Shown piece by piece: positions 34,908 through 45,430 of a stretch of 64,000 bases of DNA (positions within the stretch are counted from its first letter, which is position 1; each line of letters starts with the position of its first letter). Made by a program: the position numbers and the translations under genes. Under the pieces are notes generated by a model that had not been told where the DNA came from, ran no database searches, and saw nothing but the letters and a program-made list of their open reading frames with translations. This DNA comes from an uncultured Christensenellaceae bacterium (GTDB lineage Bacteria; Bacillota; Clostridia; Christensenellales; UBA3700): NCBI GenBank assembly GCA_944380355.1, contig CALWHJ010000002.1:368-64367 (forward strand). Direction: 5' to 3'.

Positions 34908-35741
34908 TTATTCCGCGCTTTGGTCTGCTGCGACGGTATATTTTATACGCGCTTCGTCGAGGAACTCTTTGAGAGTATCGAGAGGAATTGCGCAACCTAT
35001 GCCGTAAGCGTCGCTGTTGGAGCCTTCGATACGCGCATAAACTACGCCTACGACGTTGCCGTACTTGTCAAAGAGCGCGCCGCCGCTGTTGCCGTGATTT
35101 ATAGTGCCGTCGAGGATAATGGAGCTGAAGCTGTCATCCGATGAAATCTTGATTGCGGGAGAAGAAACCATAAGCTCGGTGAGTATAAGTCCCAAATCTT
35201 CGGGATTGCCTATGGTGTAAACTTTGTCGCCGTAAAACAAGTCCGAAGAGCTCGAAAGTTTGACGGGCTCGAAAGATGCGCTTCCCGTGAAATCCGCATA
35301 ATTTCTTATTTTCAAAAGAGCCAGGTCGGCATCGTTGCTGTAACCTATCAAGTCGGCGGAAAGAGCTTTGTTATCTGCAAAAACTACTTTGTAAGTAGCG
35401 TTTAGGGGCGTTTCGAGAGGGTTGTAGGGAGTGTCGCTTCCCGTAGAGGAGTACATAAGCACGCAGTGTCTGTTGGTGACTACGTATCCGTCGGAGGTTA
35501 CGACGAAACCGCTTCCCGCGCTGGTCTTTCCGTTGGAGAAAGAAGCGATTATTCTCGTGCACGAGAGCAAGTTGTTGTTTGCGACGATATTAGCCGCGTT
35601 AGGGTCTTCGACTTCTGCTACGTCAATATAGTAAGGCGTGCGGTCGGTATAGAATGCGCCGAGAAAATTGCAACCTGCGAGCATTACGAGGCAGGAAAGA
35701 AGCACAACGGCAGTGGATATAATCAAAAGCTTTTTTTTCAT
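34908..35741 (-). CDS. trypsin-like serine peptidase lipoprotein (S1 family)
   Basis: Lipobox LAGC; catalytic contexts TNRHC (His), DLALLK (Asp), GNSGGAL (Ser). Confidence 0.8.
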   Translation of the reverse strand: MKKKLLIISTAVVLLSCLVMLAGCNFLGAFYTDRTPYYIDVAEVEDPNAANIVANNNLLSCTRIIASFSNGKTSAGSGFVVTSDGYVVTNRHCVLMYSSTGSDTPYNPLETPLNATYKVVFADNKALSADLIGYSNDADLALLKIRNYADFTGSASFEPVKLSSSSDLFYGDKVYTIGNPEDLGLILTELMVSSPAIKISSDDSFSSIILDGTINHGNSGGALFDKYGNVVGVVYARIEGSNSDAYGIGCAIPLDTLKEFLDEARIKYTVAADQSAE

Positions 35742-35933
35742 AATTTTTACCGCCTTTTATTAGCTGAATAAAAAACAATCCGACGCGTGTATTTATTGGT
35801 TTTTTATTATAATACGCGTCAAACCGTAAGATAATTCTATCACAAAATATTATTTTTAACAATACTAAAATAATATATTCTCTTCAGCAAAGCGTAAAAT
35901 TACACCGTTTATACCCAACTTTTACAAATCGTG

Positions 35934-35958
35934 AAAAAATACCGCCCGAAGGCGGTAT
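35934..35958 (-). terminator. rho-independent terminator (minus strand)
   Basis: ATACCGCC-cgaa-GGCGGTAT followed on the minus strand by a T-run. Confidence 0.7.
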
Positions 35959-35966
35959 TGAGGTTG

Positions 35967-36593
35967 TTATTTTTTTGTAGTTTTCTCGGCTTTTGTCTGA
36001 GCGCGCTTTTCTTTAATCTTCTGCATCTTTTTTCTTAATCTGTATTTGATAATCTCTTTTATAAGGAGTTTTATAAGAGAGATAACAAACAGCAACAAGG
36101 ACAGTCCCGCTACTACGATGGATATAATGTCCAAAATACCTATTTCCGAATAAGCCGCGCCTACGATAATCAATACGGACGTAACTAAAGTAGTGATTTT
36201 AAGCGAAAGTTTCTTGATTTTTTTGACCCACTTGAGAGTATTCTTGCGGTTTTTTGCGTCCTGCTTGTCCTTAGAAGCAATTGCCGTAAATACTACAAAG
36301 AGTATTATCTGCAAAGCGAGAAAAGCCGTCGTAATTATGTTGACGGCAGTCCAGCCGTTTTCTCTTATTTGCATTACGTCCTTGAAGATATAAAAGCCGA
36401 ACATAAATACCGTCCATATTATGGACAATATCTGCAGTTTGCTTTTTTTCTTCTCGGGCTGTTTGGCTTGTTGCGCTTGCGCTACGGCGGGTTGGCCGTC
36501 TGCAGGCTGAGCAGCATTGGCGGATTGGGTTTGTTCCTTTGCCTCGTCGGGCGTTTGAGCGGGTTGTTGTTTTCCCTTAAAAATGTTTTTCAT
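35967..36593 (-). CDS. hypothetical membrane protein with Q/A/P-rich N-terminus
   Basis: 208-aa ORF; about 4 TM helices; GGGGAG RBS; K-rich C-terminus. Confidence 0.55.
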   Translation of the reverse strand: MKNIFKGKQQPAQTPDEAKEQTQSANAAQPADGQPAVAQAQQAKQPEKKKSKLQILSIIWTVFMFGFYIFKDVMQIRENGWTAVNIITTAFLALQIILFVVFTAIASKDKQDAKNRKNTLKWVKKIKKLSLKITTLVTSVLIIVGAAYSEIGILDIISIVVAGLSLLLFVISLIKLLIKEIIKYRLRKKMQKIKEKRAQTKAEKTTKK

Positions 36594-36669
36594 AGCATCT
36601 CCCCTGATATGTTTTTCCTAATCCCTGGTTTTTTGTTGCCGCATATAAATCCGCAAAAGCGGTATTTAC

Positions 36670-37935
36670 TTATTTTTTGTCCTTTTCGAAAGGAGTAAAG
36701 TCGAGCGTAGCGAAGTAGTCCTCGGGAGTTTCCGCACGGCGTATGAGTTGTACCGAGCCGTCCTCTTTGAGGAGAAGTTCCGCAGAGCGGAGTTTGCCGT
36801 TGTAATTGTAACCCATAGCAAAGCCGTGTGCGCCCGCATCGTGGATATTGACGTAGTCGCCTATCTCTACCTGAGGGAGCATTCTGTCGACTGCGAATTT
36901 GTCGTTGTTTTCGCACAATCCGCCCGTAACGTCGCACTTATAAGTGAGGGGCTCGTTTTCCTTGCCGAGCACGGTGATATGGTGATATGCACCGTACATA
37001 GCGGGACGCATAAGGTTAGCCGCGCACGCGTCGAGACCTACGTACTCCTTCCAGATATGTTTTTTGTGGATAACTTTCGCGATGAGCGCGCCGTAGGGAG
37101 CGAGCATAAATCTGCCGAGCTCCGTATAGATAGCTACGTCGTCCATACCTGCGGGTACGAGTATCTTTTCGTATGCCTGACGTACGCCCTCGCCGATAGC
37201 GATAATATCGTTGCCCTCTTTGTCGGGACGGTATTGCACGCCTACGCCGCCCGAGAGGTTGATAAACGCGAAGTGTATGCCTACTTCCTGCTGTATCTCG
37301 ACAGCAAGCTTGAAGAGTATCTCAGCAAGCTTGGGATAGTAGCCCGTGCCTACGGTATTGCTTGCCAGAAAAGCGTGTATGCCGAAGTGCTTTACGCCGT
37401 ACTCCTTGAGCTTTTTGTAAGCGATTTTTATCTGCTCTTTGGTCATACCGTATTTTGCGTCCTTGGGGGTATCCATTATCTCGTTGTTGAGAGTAAAGTC
37501 ACCGCCGGGGTTATAACGGCAGCACATAGTCTCCTGAAAAGGCGCGATTTGCTTATAGTAATCTATGTGGGTGAGGTCGTCGAAGTTGATGATTGCGCCG
37601 AGTTTAGCGGCAAGCGCGAAGTCCTCTTTGGGGGTAACGTTGGAAGAAAACATAATTTCCTTGCCCTTAAAGCCTACCTTTTCGGACATCATAAGTTCGG
37701 TAAGAGAAGAGCAGTCGACGCCCGCGCCTTCCTCTTTGAGTATCTGAAGAATATAGGGGTTGGGCGTAGCCTTAACCGCAAAAAATTCTTTGAATCCTTT
37801 ATTCCATGAGAAAGCTTTTTTGAGCAGTCTTGCGTTTTCTCTTATGCCTTTTTCGTCGTAGATATGAAAAGGCGTAGGGTATTTTTTGACAATCTCTTTG
37901 ATTTGTTCGAGTGTTACGAAAGGTTTTTTATCCAT
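36670..37935 (-). CDS. PLP-dependent group IV decarboxylase, diaminopimelate-decarboxylase-like
   Basis: FAVKATPNP (PLP-lysine context) and C-terminal beta-barrel region; AGGAG RBS supports ATG at 37935 rather than GTG at 37950. Confidence 0.8.
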   Translation of the reverse strand: MDKKPFVTLEQIKEIVKKYPTPFHIYDEKGIRENARLLKKAFSWNKGFKEFFAVKATPNPYILQILKEEGAGVDCSSLTELMMSEKVGFKGKEIMFSSNVTPKEDFALAAKLGAIINFDDLTHIDYYKQIAPFQETMCCRYNPGGDFTLNNEIMDTPKDAKYGMTKEQIKIAYKKLKEYGVKHFGIHAFLASNTVGTGYYPKLAEILFKLAVEIQQEVGIHFAFINLSGGVGVQYRPDKEGNDIIAIGEGVRQAYEKILVPAGMDDVAIYTELGRFMLAPYGALIAKVIHKKHIWKEYVGLDACAANLMRPAMYGAYHHITVLGKENEPLTYKCDVTGGLCENNDKFAVDRMLPQVEIGDYVNIHDAGAHGFAMGYNYNGKLRSAELLLKEDGSVQLIRRAETPEDYFATLDFTPFEKDKK

Positions 37936-38264
37936 AAAGTCTCCTATCACTGATGTGATAAATTAAAAATTTTACACATTTAGTATAATATAAACGTGCA
38001 TATTCTGTCAAACGGGCGGGAGCAATAAGGCTCTTAATATTTATAAATAAGTAGTATGCCTTATAAACAAATACGGTATAAATAACAATGACAATTCGCT
38101 GTATCAATAGTTTGCCAAATTTATAAAGGTATTTTCGGAAGCATTATATTACAATCTTTATGCAAAATTTCCCAAGACAAATCAACCGATTATTTACAGA
38201 AGCTAAAATATGCATAAAAAAAAGAGAGGTTTGATACCTCTCTTTTTTATTAACCCCGATTAGA

Positions 38265-38603
38265 TCAGATAATCTTCTTGAAGAGGTCGATTGCGCCTTC
38301 GGTACCGAATGCGATTGCCTTGCCTCTCTTGCAAAGATTCTTCTTGCTGTCGTCGCTCTTGAGCTCGTCGTAAGCTTCTTTTGCGTCTTCGCTGTTTTCA
38401 AACCAGAAAACGGTTATGGTCTCGGTGAGTTTGGTGTATACAGAACCCTTGTATTCACCCAAAGAAGTTGCAATGCCGACATAGCCCTCTTCTTTGAACT
38501 TCTCGTCAACCTTTTCCTGACTGGGAGTACAAGCAACGAATACCGATACGAGCATTACTGCAAGCACTACGATTGCAACGGAAAGAAATACCTTCTTCTT
38601 CAT
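38265..38603 (-). CDS. hypothetical small lipoprotein
   Basis: 112-aa ORF; signal peptide with lipobox (VFVAC); AGGAGG RBS. Confidence 0.6.
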   Translation of the reverse strand: MKKKVFLSVAIVVLAVMLVSVFVACTPSQEKVDEKFKEEGYVGIATSLGEYKGSVYTKLTETITVFWFENSEDAKEAYDELKSDDSKKNLCKRGKAIAFGTEGAIDLFKKII

Positions 38604-38969
38604 AAAAACCTCCTGATGTTTTGTGAATTTTTATTGTCTATATTATAGCATTGTCAAAGCGTAATTACAAGAACTTTACATAAAAAAAATGAGCAAAATT
38701 AAAAATAACTTAAAAATTTTATGGATAAAACGGTTTTCGACCATGGATGAAATAAGGGTAAATTAATAAAAAAACACAAATAGTAAAAAAATCGTTATAT
38801 ACAAAACGGATATAAAAAAGTAAAAAAATTTTTTGATATATCCAAAATTTAATGGAAAAACTGCCTTTGATTGCTCAAAGATTGACAATTATCAGGCAAT
38901 ACGTTTGTCTTATCGCGGGCAATATGATATAATCGTAATACTTTTATCAGGCGCACAAGCGAGGTCAGA

Positions 38970-40529
38970 GTGGAGACTTTATCAAAGATAATCGGTTTTA
39001 TCAACGACAATATTCTTTGGGGTATCCCTATGGTAGTGCTCATTCTGGGAGTGGGCATATATCTCACCGTGCGCAACAGATTTTTACAGGTTACGAAATT
39101 TCCCTATGCGGTCAAAAACACTATCGGCGCGCTCGGCAAAAAACAGGCTTTGAAAGGCAAGGGAAAGAGTCTTTCTCAATTCGAGGCTTTCTCTACGGCG
39201 ATTGCAGGTACTGTCGGTACGGGCAATATCGTAGGCGTTGCTACCGCGCTCGTAGCGGGCGGACCGGGGGCGATATTCTGGATGTGGGCGTCGGCTTTCG
39301 TGGGTATGTTTACAAATTACGCCGAAAACGTACTCGGCATTTACTACCGCAAGAAAAACAATCAGGGGCACTACGTAGGCGGACCTATGTACTATATCGA
39401 AGAGGGGCTGGGGCTCAAGTGGCTTGCGGTACTTTTTGCGGTATTCTGCATGCTTGCGTCTTTCGGTATGAATATGGTGCAAGTAAATACGATAGCTACC
39501 ACGCTCGACGGAGGTTTTTCCATGCCTGCGTGGGCTACGGGACTAATAGTAGCCGTGCTTATCGCGCTGATTATCATAGGCGGGGTAAAGAGAATAGGTA
39601 AAATCGCGTCGATGATAGTGCCTTTTATGTGTCTGTCTTTCATAATAATGGCGCTTATAATCATATTTATCAACGTAAAGCAAGTTCCCGCGGCGCTCGG
39701 TATGATTTTCTCCAACGCTTTCAGTATTAAAGCCGTAGGCGGCGGCGTTTTGGGATATGCGTTTATGCGCGCGATGCGTTACGGTCTGGCAAGAGGTATT
39801 TTCTCCAACGAGGCGGGTCTGGGCAGTTCGGTTATTGCGCACAGCGCATCGGATACCCGCGAGCCTGTCAAACAAGGATTGTGGGGAATTTTCGGAGTAT
39901 TTCTCGATACCATAATCATTTGTACTCTTACCGCTCTAGTACTCATCACGTCGGGTGTTTACGACGTAAACTCGGTCATCGACAGCGGGTCAAATCTAAC
40001 GCAAATAGCTTTTACCGAGAGTTTCGGTACTTTCGGCAACGTGGTATTCTGCATTATACTTCCTTTGTTTGCCTTTACGACTATACTTTCGTGGGCATAT
40101 TACGGCGAAAAGAGTTTTGAATACATATTCGGCGGCAAGTATGCTATAATTTACAAAATCATTTACGTCGCACTGATAGTAGTCGGTGCAATTTCGGGCG
40201 TAACTCTTGTTTGGGATTTGGCAGACTTGTTCAACGGCCTCATGGCTATTCCCAACCTTATCGCGCTTTTCGTCTTGGGCGGTGTGGTAACGCGTATCAC
40301 GCGCAACTATTTCGACCGCAAGAAGAATAAAAACTTAATGCCCATGCTCTCGGCGTATCCTCTCGAAAACGCGGCGAATACGCAAGAATATATTGCCGAC
40401 GGCGGCGAGGAAGGCGAATGCGGCGCTGCATTGTGCGAAGATACGGATGACGAAAAAATCGACAATTCCGACGAACAAAATCAAGACGCAGACAATCAAC
40501 CGACAGACGAAAACAATAAAACCGGCTGA
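38970..40529 (+). CDS. alanine/glycine:cation symporter (AGCS family)
   Basis: FSTAIAGTVGTGNIVGVATALVAGGPGAIFWMW is the AGCS signature region; about 11 TM helices; acidic C-terminal tail. Confidence 0.9.
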   Translation: METLSKIIGFINDNILWGIPMVVLILGVGIYLTVRNRFLQVTKFPYAVKNTIGALGKKQALKGKGKSLSQFEAFSTAIAGTVGTGNIVGVATALVAGGPGAIFWMWASAFVGMFTNYAENVLGIYYRKKNNQGHYVGGPMYYIEEGLGLKWLAVLFAVFCMLASFGMNMVQVNTIATTLDGGFSMPAWATGLIVAVLIALIIIGGVKRIGKIASMIVPFMCLSFIIMALIIIFINVKQVPAALGMIFSNAFSIKAVGGGVLGYAFMRAMRYGLARGIFSNEAGLGSSVIAHSASDTREPVKQGLWGIFGVFLDTIIICTLTALVLITSGVYDVNSVIDSGSNLTQIAFTESFGTFGNVVFCIILPLFAFTTILSWAYYGEKSFEYIFGGKYAIIYKIIYVALIVVGAISGVTLVWDLADLFNGLMAIPNLIALFVLGGVVTRITRNYFDRKKNKNLMPMLSAYPLENAANTQEYIADGGEEGECGAALCEDTDDEKIDNSDEQNQDADNQPTDENNKTG

Positions 40530-40567
40530 GAAAAAAGCAAACTTATCAAGACAGTTTTTTCACATTT

Positions 40568-40590
40568 GACGGCGACAGCCGTCTTTTTTT
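40568..40590 (+). terminator. rho-independent terminator
   Basis: GACGGC-gaca-GCCGTC plus a T-run; a consensus DnaA box TGTGGATAA (40590-40598) follows. Confidence 0.75.
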
Positions 40591-40792
40591 GTGGATAATC
40601 GTGTTTACATTTTTCGCTTAAAGTTTTGCGTGGCAAATAAATGCCTATCGGGAAAAGCGAGAGGCTTTGTTTTAAAGCGATTGAATTAAGAAGGCAGTTT
40701 AAAACAGAAGAAAAATAAGAGCCGCGAAAAAGGTAGTTAAGTTATTGAATACAGACAAAATAAATGGTATAATGTCACAAGAGGGAAAAGAT

Positions 40793-42202
40793 ATGAAACT
40801 GAATAAAATTATAATTGTATGCACTTTGATTGCGGTAATGCTTTGCGTGTCTTTATTTACGCTTGCAGGTTGTTCCGATTCCACGCCCGACGCAATCAAA
40901 GACAATTTTACAAACCTTGCAAAGAGCGGCAGTTTTGACAAAACTTCAGGCGGACAGGGCGACAGCGTTGTGTTTGACTTCGGAAAAGAAGTAACGCTCA
41001 ATACTCTTGTGTTAAAAGAAAAAAGCGGCACAGTTACTTCCTTCCGTCTATATGCCGACGATTCCGATGAGGCTTTTTACGGCAACGATTTTATAGACGG
41101 CTACAGATATTGTTCATTTGACGAAATCACGCTTTCTTCCGTGCGTATAGAGGTATTGCAATGTGACGGCGAATGGAAAATCGACGCTTTGGAAGCATAT
41201 GACATAAAGTCTACGGATAAGGACGACAACTTCAGAATAATGTCATACCTGACCGTGGACAGCGCATTGTATCTCGGAGAGGAATGCGCTCAAAATCTGG
41301 CGGTTGTTACCCAGTTCAACGTGTTCGGCACTCTCTATCTCGACAAGGACGGCAATATCGTCTTTCGGGATTATGAAAAAGACGGGCAGACAATAGACGG
41401 AAAGCAGGCTTTGAATTACGCCTTGCAACTCGTGCGCAAATATAATCCCCAAGCAAAGATTGTGGCTACAATTCTGGGTAATAAGGATTTTTATCAAGAC
41501 GGAATGGATGTCGAACAGCGCCATACGTCGGCAATGGACGACAACAAAGACAAACTGATTTCCAACGTTCTTAAAATAATCGAGGAATTTTCGCTAGACG
41601 GAATTTCTTTTGACTACGAGTATCCTCACAAATTAAAGTCATACATCGTTTACAAGTCCTTCCTTAAGGACCTTGACGCGGCTTTGCCCGAGGGCAAACT
41701 TTTGACGGCGGCAATTTCCGATTGGCAGTTGGGCGTAACCATGTTTACTAAAAACGATTTGAAAATTCTCGACCAGATAGAAGTAATGGCTTATGACTCG
41801 TTTGACGAAAGAGGTAATCATTCGACGTTCTATAAGTCATGTTACGAGATTCTTGACAAGTTCCGCTCCAAAGGCGTGGATATGTCCAAGATAAATCTCG
41901 GAATACCTTTTTATTCCCGCCCCGTTGACGGAGCAACCTTCTGGGGTACTTATAAGGATGTGGCAGAACAAATTTCGCCTTGGGAAAATTCTTATACTCA
42001 GCCTTATACCGACCTTGACGGAAAGGAATATCCTCCTCTTTCCAACTACTACAACGGTATTCAGCTTGTCAAAGACAAGACTTGTTATGCCGTTGACAGC
42101 GGTGTTGGAGGAGTTTTGATATGGCACTTTGCCTGCGATTCTCCCGACCCCGATTTGTCGCTTATGCAGACGATAGCAAAAGTCGTTCAATCCAGAAAAT
42201 AA
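40793..42202 (+). CDS. GH18-like (chitinase-fold) lipoprotein
   Basis: Lipobox LAGC after the start at 40793; LDGISFDYEYP aligns with the GH18 DGxDxDxE motif, with the middle Asp replaced by Ser. Confidence 0.75.
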   Translation: MKLNKIIIVCTLIAVMLCVSLFTLAGCSDSTPDAIKDNFTNLAKSGSFDKTSGGQGDSVVFDFGKEVTLNTLVLKEKSGTVTSFRLYADDSDEAFYGNDFIDGYRYCSFDEITLSSVRIEVLQCDGEWKIDALEAYDIKSTDKDDNFRIMSYLTVDSALYLGEECAQNLAVVTQFNVFGTLYLDKDGNIVFRDYEKDGQTIDGKQALNYALQLVRKYNPQAKIVATILGNKDFYQDGMDVEQRHTSAMDDNKDKLISNVLKIIEEFSLDGISFDYEYPHKLKSYIVYKSFLKDLDAALPEGKLLTAAISDWQLGVTMFTKNDLKILDQIEVMAYDSFDERGNHSTFYKSCYEILDKFRSKGVDMSKINLGIPFYSRPVDGATFWGTYKDVAEQISPWENSYTQPYTDLDGKEYPPLSNYYNGIQLVKDKTCYAVDSGVGGVLIWHFACDSPDPDLSLMQTIAKVVQSRK

Positions 42203-42216
42203 AAGAGTTTATAATA

Positions 42217-42252
42217 AAAGCACTTTGCGAATCGCAAAGTGCTTTTTCTTTT
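42217..42252 (+). terminator. hairpin terminator between convergent genes
   Basis: AAAGCACTTTGCG-aat-CGCAAAGTGCTTT plus a T-run. Confidence 0.8.
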
Positions 42253-42305
42253 TTACGAAATTGCATGAAAACTTTAAAAGCGAGCATCCTAGTAATTTTT
42301 GCTAT

Positions 42306-43769
42306 TTAAAAACCGTTTTTGTCTTCGCTTTTTGACGCTGTTTCGTTTATATTTGAGTTTTCTTCACTTGCCGCATTGTCTTTATTCGTTATATCCAAAG
42401 AGCTTACGGCAGGAGTTTGCAGACTGCGCTTTTTAAGTATTTTAGGGAAGAAAATCAAAAAGACCGTAGTAGACAAAATCGCCGCTCCTATGTCCGCGAT
42501 AGGTTCTGCGTAAAATACCGCGTGCGCTCCGAGCAACTTAGGCAGCAGCAGAGTAGCGCCGAGATATAGCACGAGTTTTCTCGTCAGAGAAAGCACTATC
42601 GCAAATTGCGGCTGACCGAGCGCCGTCATTCCGTCCACGAAAGCGTATTGGAAGGCGAGAGGAATTATGCCTATCATAAATATCCTTATGCCCCATACGC
42701 TGTTTTCGATTACCTCGGGGTTTTCGGTAAACAGCGACGCGAAAGGTTTTGCTACGGCAAATGAAAGCGCAAACATTATCGTCGTGAAAGCAATACACAT
42801 ACCGAGTATACATTTCTCGCCGCGCTTTATAAGATTGACGTTACGCGCGCCGTAATTGAAACTTATTACGGGTTGACTTCCCGTGCTTATTCCCATCATA
42901 GGCATGGTAATAATAGACAAAAACGCCTGCACGACAGTGAGGGAGCTAATCCACATGTCGGCTTGCTCGCCGCCGTACGCCTTGAGGCATATATTGCTTG
43001 CTATGATTATCACGCTGTCCGTAGCGCAGATGATAAAAGGGGAGATGCCCATTTTGAGTATTTTAAGAATTGTCTTCGCGTCGTATCCGCCGATTGAAAG
43101 ACGGCATTTCGTACCTTTGAGTACGAGAAAAATTATTACGAACAAAAATGACAAAAACTGCGATAAAATCGTCGCCAAAGCCGCGCCGGCAACGTTCATG
43201 TCGAATACGAAAATAAACAGCGGGTCGAGCGCAATGTTAGCTACCGCGCCTATCAGGGTAGTCGCCATGCCTATTCCGGAATAGCCTTGCGCTATTATGA
43301 ATTGATTGAGTCCTGTAGACACTATGCTGAACAGTGCTCCCGCCGTGTAAATCAATAGGTATTGTCTTGCGTATCCGTAAGTCGTTTGGCTTGCGCCGAA
43401 TGCGTTGAGCAGAGGCTTTGCAAGCGCAAAAGTCAAAGCCATCGTTACCGCTGAAAGACACACGAGCATGGCAAGTGCGTTGGCAAGAATTTTCTTTGCC
43501 TTTGCTTCGTCGCCTTCGCCGAGCGCCATAGCGAATAAAGGCGCGCCGCCCAAGCCCACAAGATAGCCGAACGACGTCAATAGCGTTGCCACGGGAGCGC
43601 ATACGCCCAGCGCCGTCAACGCTACGTCGCCTATACCTTCTATGTTGCCCACATACATTCTGTCCACAATGGAGTAAAGCACGCTCACGAACTGTGCGAG
43701 CATAGCGGGCAGTGTGAGTTTGAGTACTGTGGAAAAGACCTTTTCGTTTGCTAGATTAAGTGCTTTCAT
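42306..43769 (-). CDS. MATE-family efflux transporter
   Basis: About 12 TM helices with MATE-like N-terminus (VFSTVLKLTLPAMLAQF); start uncertain: ATG 43769 or TTG 43790. Confidence 0.85.
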   Translation of the reverse strand: MKALNLANEKVFSTVLKLTLPAMLAQFVSVLYSIVDRMYVGNIEGIGDVALTALGVCAPVATLLTSFGYLVGLGGAPLFAMALGEGDEAKAKKILANALAMLVCLSAVTMALTFALAKPLLNAFGASQTTYGYARQYLLIYTAGALFSIVSTGLNQFIIAQGYSGIGMATTLIGAVANIALDPLFIFVFDMNVAGAALATILSQFLSFLFVIIFLVLKGTKCRLSIGGYDAKTILKILKMGISPFIICATDSVIIIASNICLKAYGGEQADMWISSLTVVQAFLSIITMPMMGISTGSQPVISFNYGARNVNLIKRGEKCILGMCIAFTTIMFALSFAVAKPFASLFTENPEVIENSVWGIRIFMIGIIPLAFQYAFVDGMTALGQPQFAIVLSLTRKLVLYLGATLLLPKLLGAHAVFYAEPIADIGAAILSTTVFLIFFPKILKKRSLQTPAVSSLDITNKDNAASEENSNINETASKSEDKNGF

Positions 43770-43987
43770 TTTTTTCTTACCCGCCCACAATCATACAGCC
43801 CGTACGCGCTATTGTCAAACGTTTAAATGATAAAAAATTCCCTTAAACCCAATTGTGCAAAGTCAGTATTAAAGAGCTACATTTTTGACTTAAAAATATT
43901 TGCATACGGCAATCGGTCGTGTAGGATTTAAACTGAGAAAAAATAAAAGATTTTCCTTAATTAAGGACGCAACAGACTGACTAAAAC

Positions 43988-44016
43988 AAAAAAAGAATAC
44001 GGCTTGCGCCGTATTC
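43988..44016 (-). terminator. rho-independent terminator (minus strand)
   Basis: GAATACGGC-ttgc-GCCGTATTC followed on the minus strand by a T-run. Confidence 0.7.
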
Positions 44017-44065
44017 CTTTTAGCTGATTGTCATATTAAGGGGAGAATGACAATAAGGGGCTTAG

Positions 44066-44581
44066 TTAATCTTTCGTCCTCTCTACCCACGCTTTGAGTT
44101 GAGAGTCGCAATTCTGTACGTCCGCGCCGTGCAAAGGAAGTCCTTCTTTGAGTATGGCGTCGGGGCAGGTGTTCCTTATATCCCTTTCGCTCTTGCCCAT
44201 TCCGCTTCCTTCGTTTGTACAGAAGGGAAGTATCGTTTTGCCCGCAAATTTGTACTTTTCCAAAAATGCAAATACCGCCACGGGCATTGTCCCGCAATAA
44301 TTGGGATAGCCGAGATATATCCTGCCGTACTTTTCTATATTTTCGGGATAGGCTTTAAGTTTGGGGCGCATTCCTTCGAGATAGTCTTTTTTTGCCTCGG
44401 CTACGCATTCGCGGTAATCGTCGGAATAATCGTTTTCCTGCGCTATTTCGAATAAATCTCCGCCTACGATTGCATGCAGTTTTTCGGCGGCAACTTTCGT
44501 GTTGCCTTTCTTTAGCGGAATAATATCGCCGTTGACGTAATTGTAACCGGCTCTCGAAAAATACGCTATGAGTGTAGCCAT
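44066..44581 (-). CDS. flavodoxin-like protein
   Basis: 171-aa ORF; N-terminal TLIAYFSRAGYNY; flavodoxin-like fold motifs; GGAGG RBS. Confidence 0.8.
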   Translation of the reverse strand: MATLIAYFSRAGYNYVNGDIIPLKKGNTKVAAEKLHAIVGGDLFEIAQENDYSDDYRECVAEAKKDYLEGMRPKLKAYPENIEKYGRIYLGYPNYCGTMPVAVFAFLEKYKFAGKTILPFCTNEGSGMGKSERDIRNTCPDAILKEGLPLHGADVQNCDSQLKAWVERTKD

Positions 44582-44752
44582 AAAGCCTCCGTTTCTTTCC
44601 GTTTACGATTATAGCACACATTTTCCGCTTGTGCGCTTTTCTAATGAAATCTTTATCCACAATTTACCTTTTCTATACAATCGTCTATCTTCAAAAATAT
44701 TCAATTTTTGTATCGTCTGCATCTTTTTGGCAATAATTACATATTATTAATC

Positions 44753-44781
44753 TTGACAAAATCTCTTGCAATCAATATAAT
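44753..44781 (+). promoter_or_regulatory. consensus sigma-A promoter upstream of tmRNA
   Basis: TTGACA (44753-44758), exactly 17 nt, TATAAT (44776-44781). Confidence 0.7.
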
Positions 44782-44870
44782 AATTACACCGACCCAAACG
44801 CGTATCTTCAGGTTGTTAGCGCGCGACGGTATCTCCCAGTACGCTTCGTGCCTTAGGGAAGTCTAAGTAC

Positions 44871-45215
44871 GGGGCTGTCCCGGATTCGATGGGGAAGAGA
44901 GTAAGGTATAAGCACGTCGAAGGCTCGGCTTCGTAAAAACGGAAACTTAAAATTAAACGCAAATAACAACAAACAATTGGCTTTCGCTGCCTAACAGCAA
45001 GCCTGTCGACCTAAGACTCCACGGCTTAGTCATCGGCATCAGTTAGTGGACCAGGGTCGGGCGCCCACGCCTTTAACGTCCGACGCCATCTAAAGGCTCG
45101 CCAAACTACCCTCCGCGGATAGAGAGTATAAGGGACAAATATATGTCCGATAAACGTGTAGAAAGTGTCTTATGAACTTTTTCAGACAGGGGTTCAACTC
45201 CCCTCAGCTCCACCA
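44871..45215 (+). ncRNA. ssrA: transfer-messenger RNA (tmRNA)
   Basis: 5' GGGGCTG pairs with 3' CAGCTCC-ACCA (G3:U pair); GGATTCGA and T-arm GGTTCAACTCC; tag reading frame 44959-44994 = ANNNKQLAFAA*. Confidence 0.92.
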
Positions 45216-45430
45216 ATCGCAAACAAAATCGAACCTGATTTTGTTTGCTTTTTTATTTGCTATTGCAAGAGAGCAGCAGTATTAAAGGCAATCCGATTGT
45301 TAGTTGGGTTGCCTTTTGCCTATATAGATATTGATACATTTAATAAAGTTAAAGAGTTATTTAAGTGTGTGCTTGTTGGCTGAGCGAAGCGAAGCCTCTC
45401 GTATTATACAAGTGGACGTCGTGGTGCCAT
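45213..45430 (+). repeat. about 218-bp repeat unit U1 (tmRNA 3' flank), candidate att region
   Basis: Recurs as 55110-55254 plus 59342-59425 (copy U2, split by an inserted element); both copies end in GTCGTGGTGCCAT. Confidence 0.85.
45219..45254 (+). terminator. tmRNA terminator (copy T1 of a triplicated hairpin)
   Basis: GCAAACAAAATC-gaacct-GATTTTGTTTGC plus T6. Confidence 0.85.

Noticed and set aside
37936-38969. Riboswitches: lysine (L-box) upstream of the DAP-decarboxylase-like gene and glycine upstream of the AGCS symporter
   Set aside because: Both leaders are AT-rich and lack the conserved GC-rich cores I would expect, such as GGAGAG...CACCG for glycine or the L-box helices. An Infernal scan would be decisive.
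45165-45383. 72-aa ORF overlapping the tmRNA 3' end and att repeat
   Set aside because: It spans the tmRNA acceptor/T-arm, terminator hairpin and repeat unit. It has no RBS, so it is an artefact of the ORF scan.
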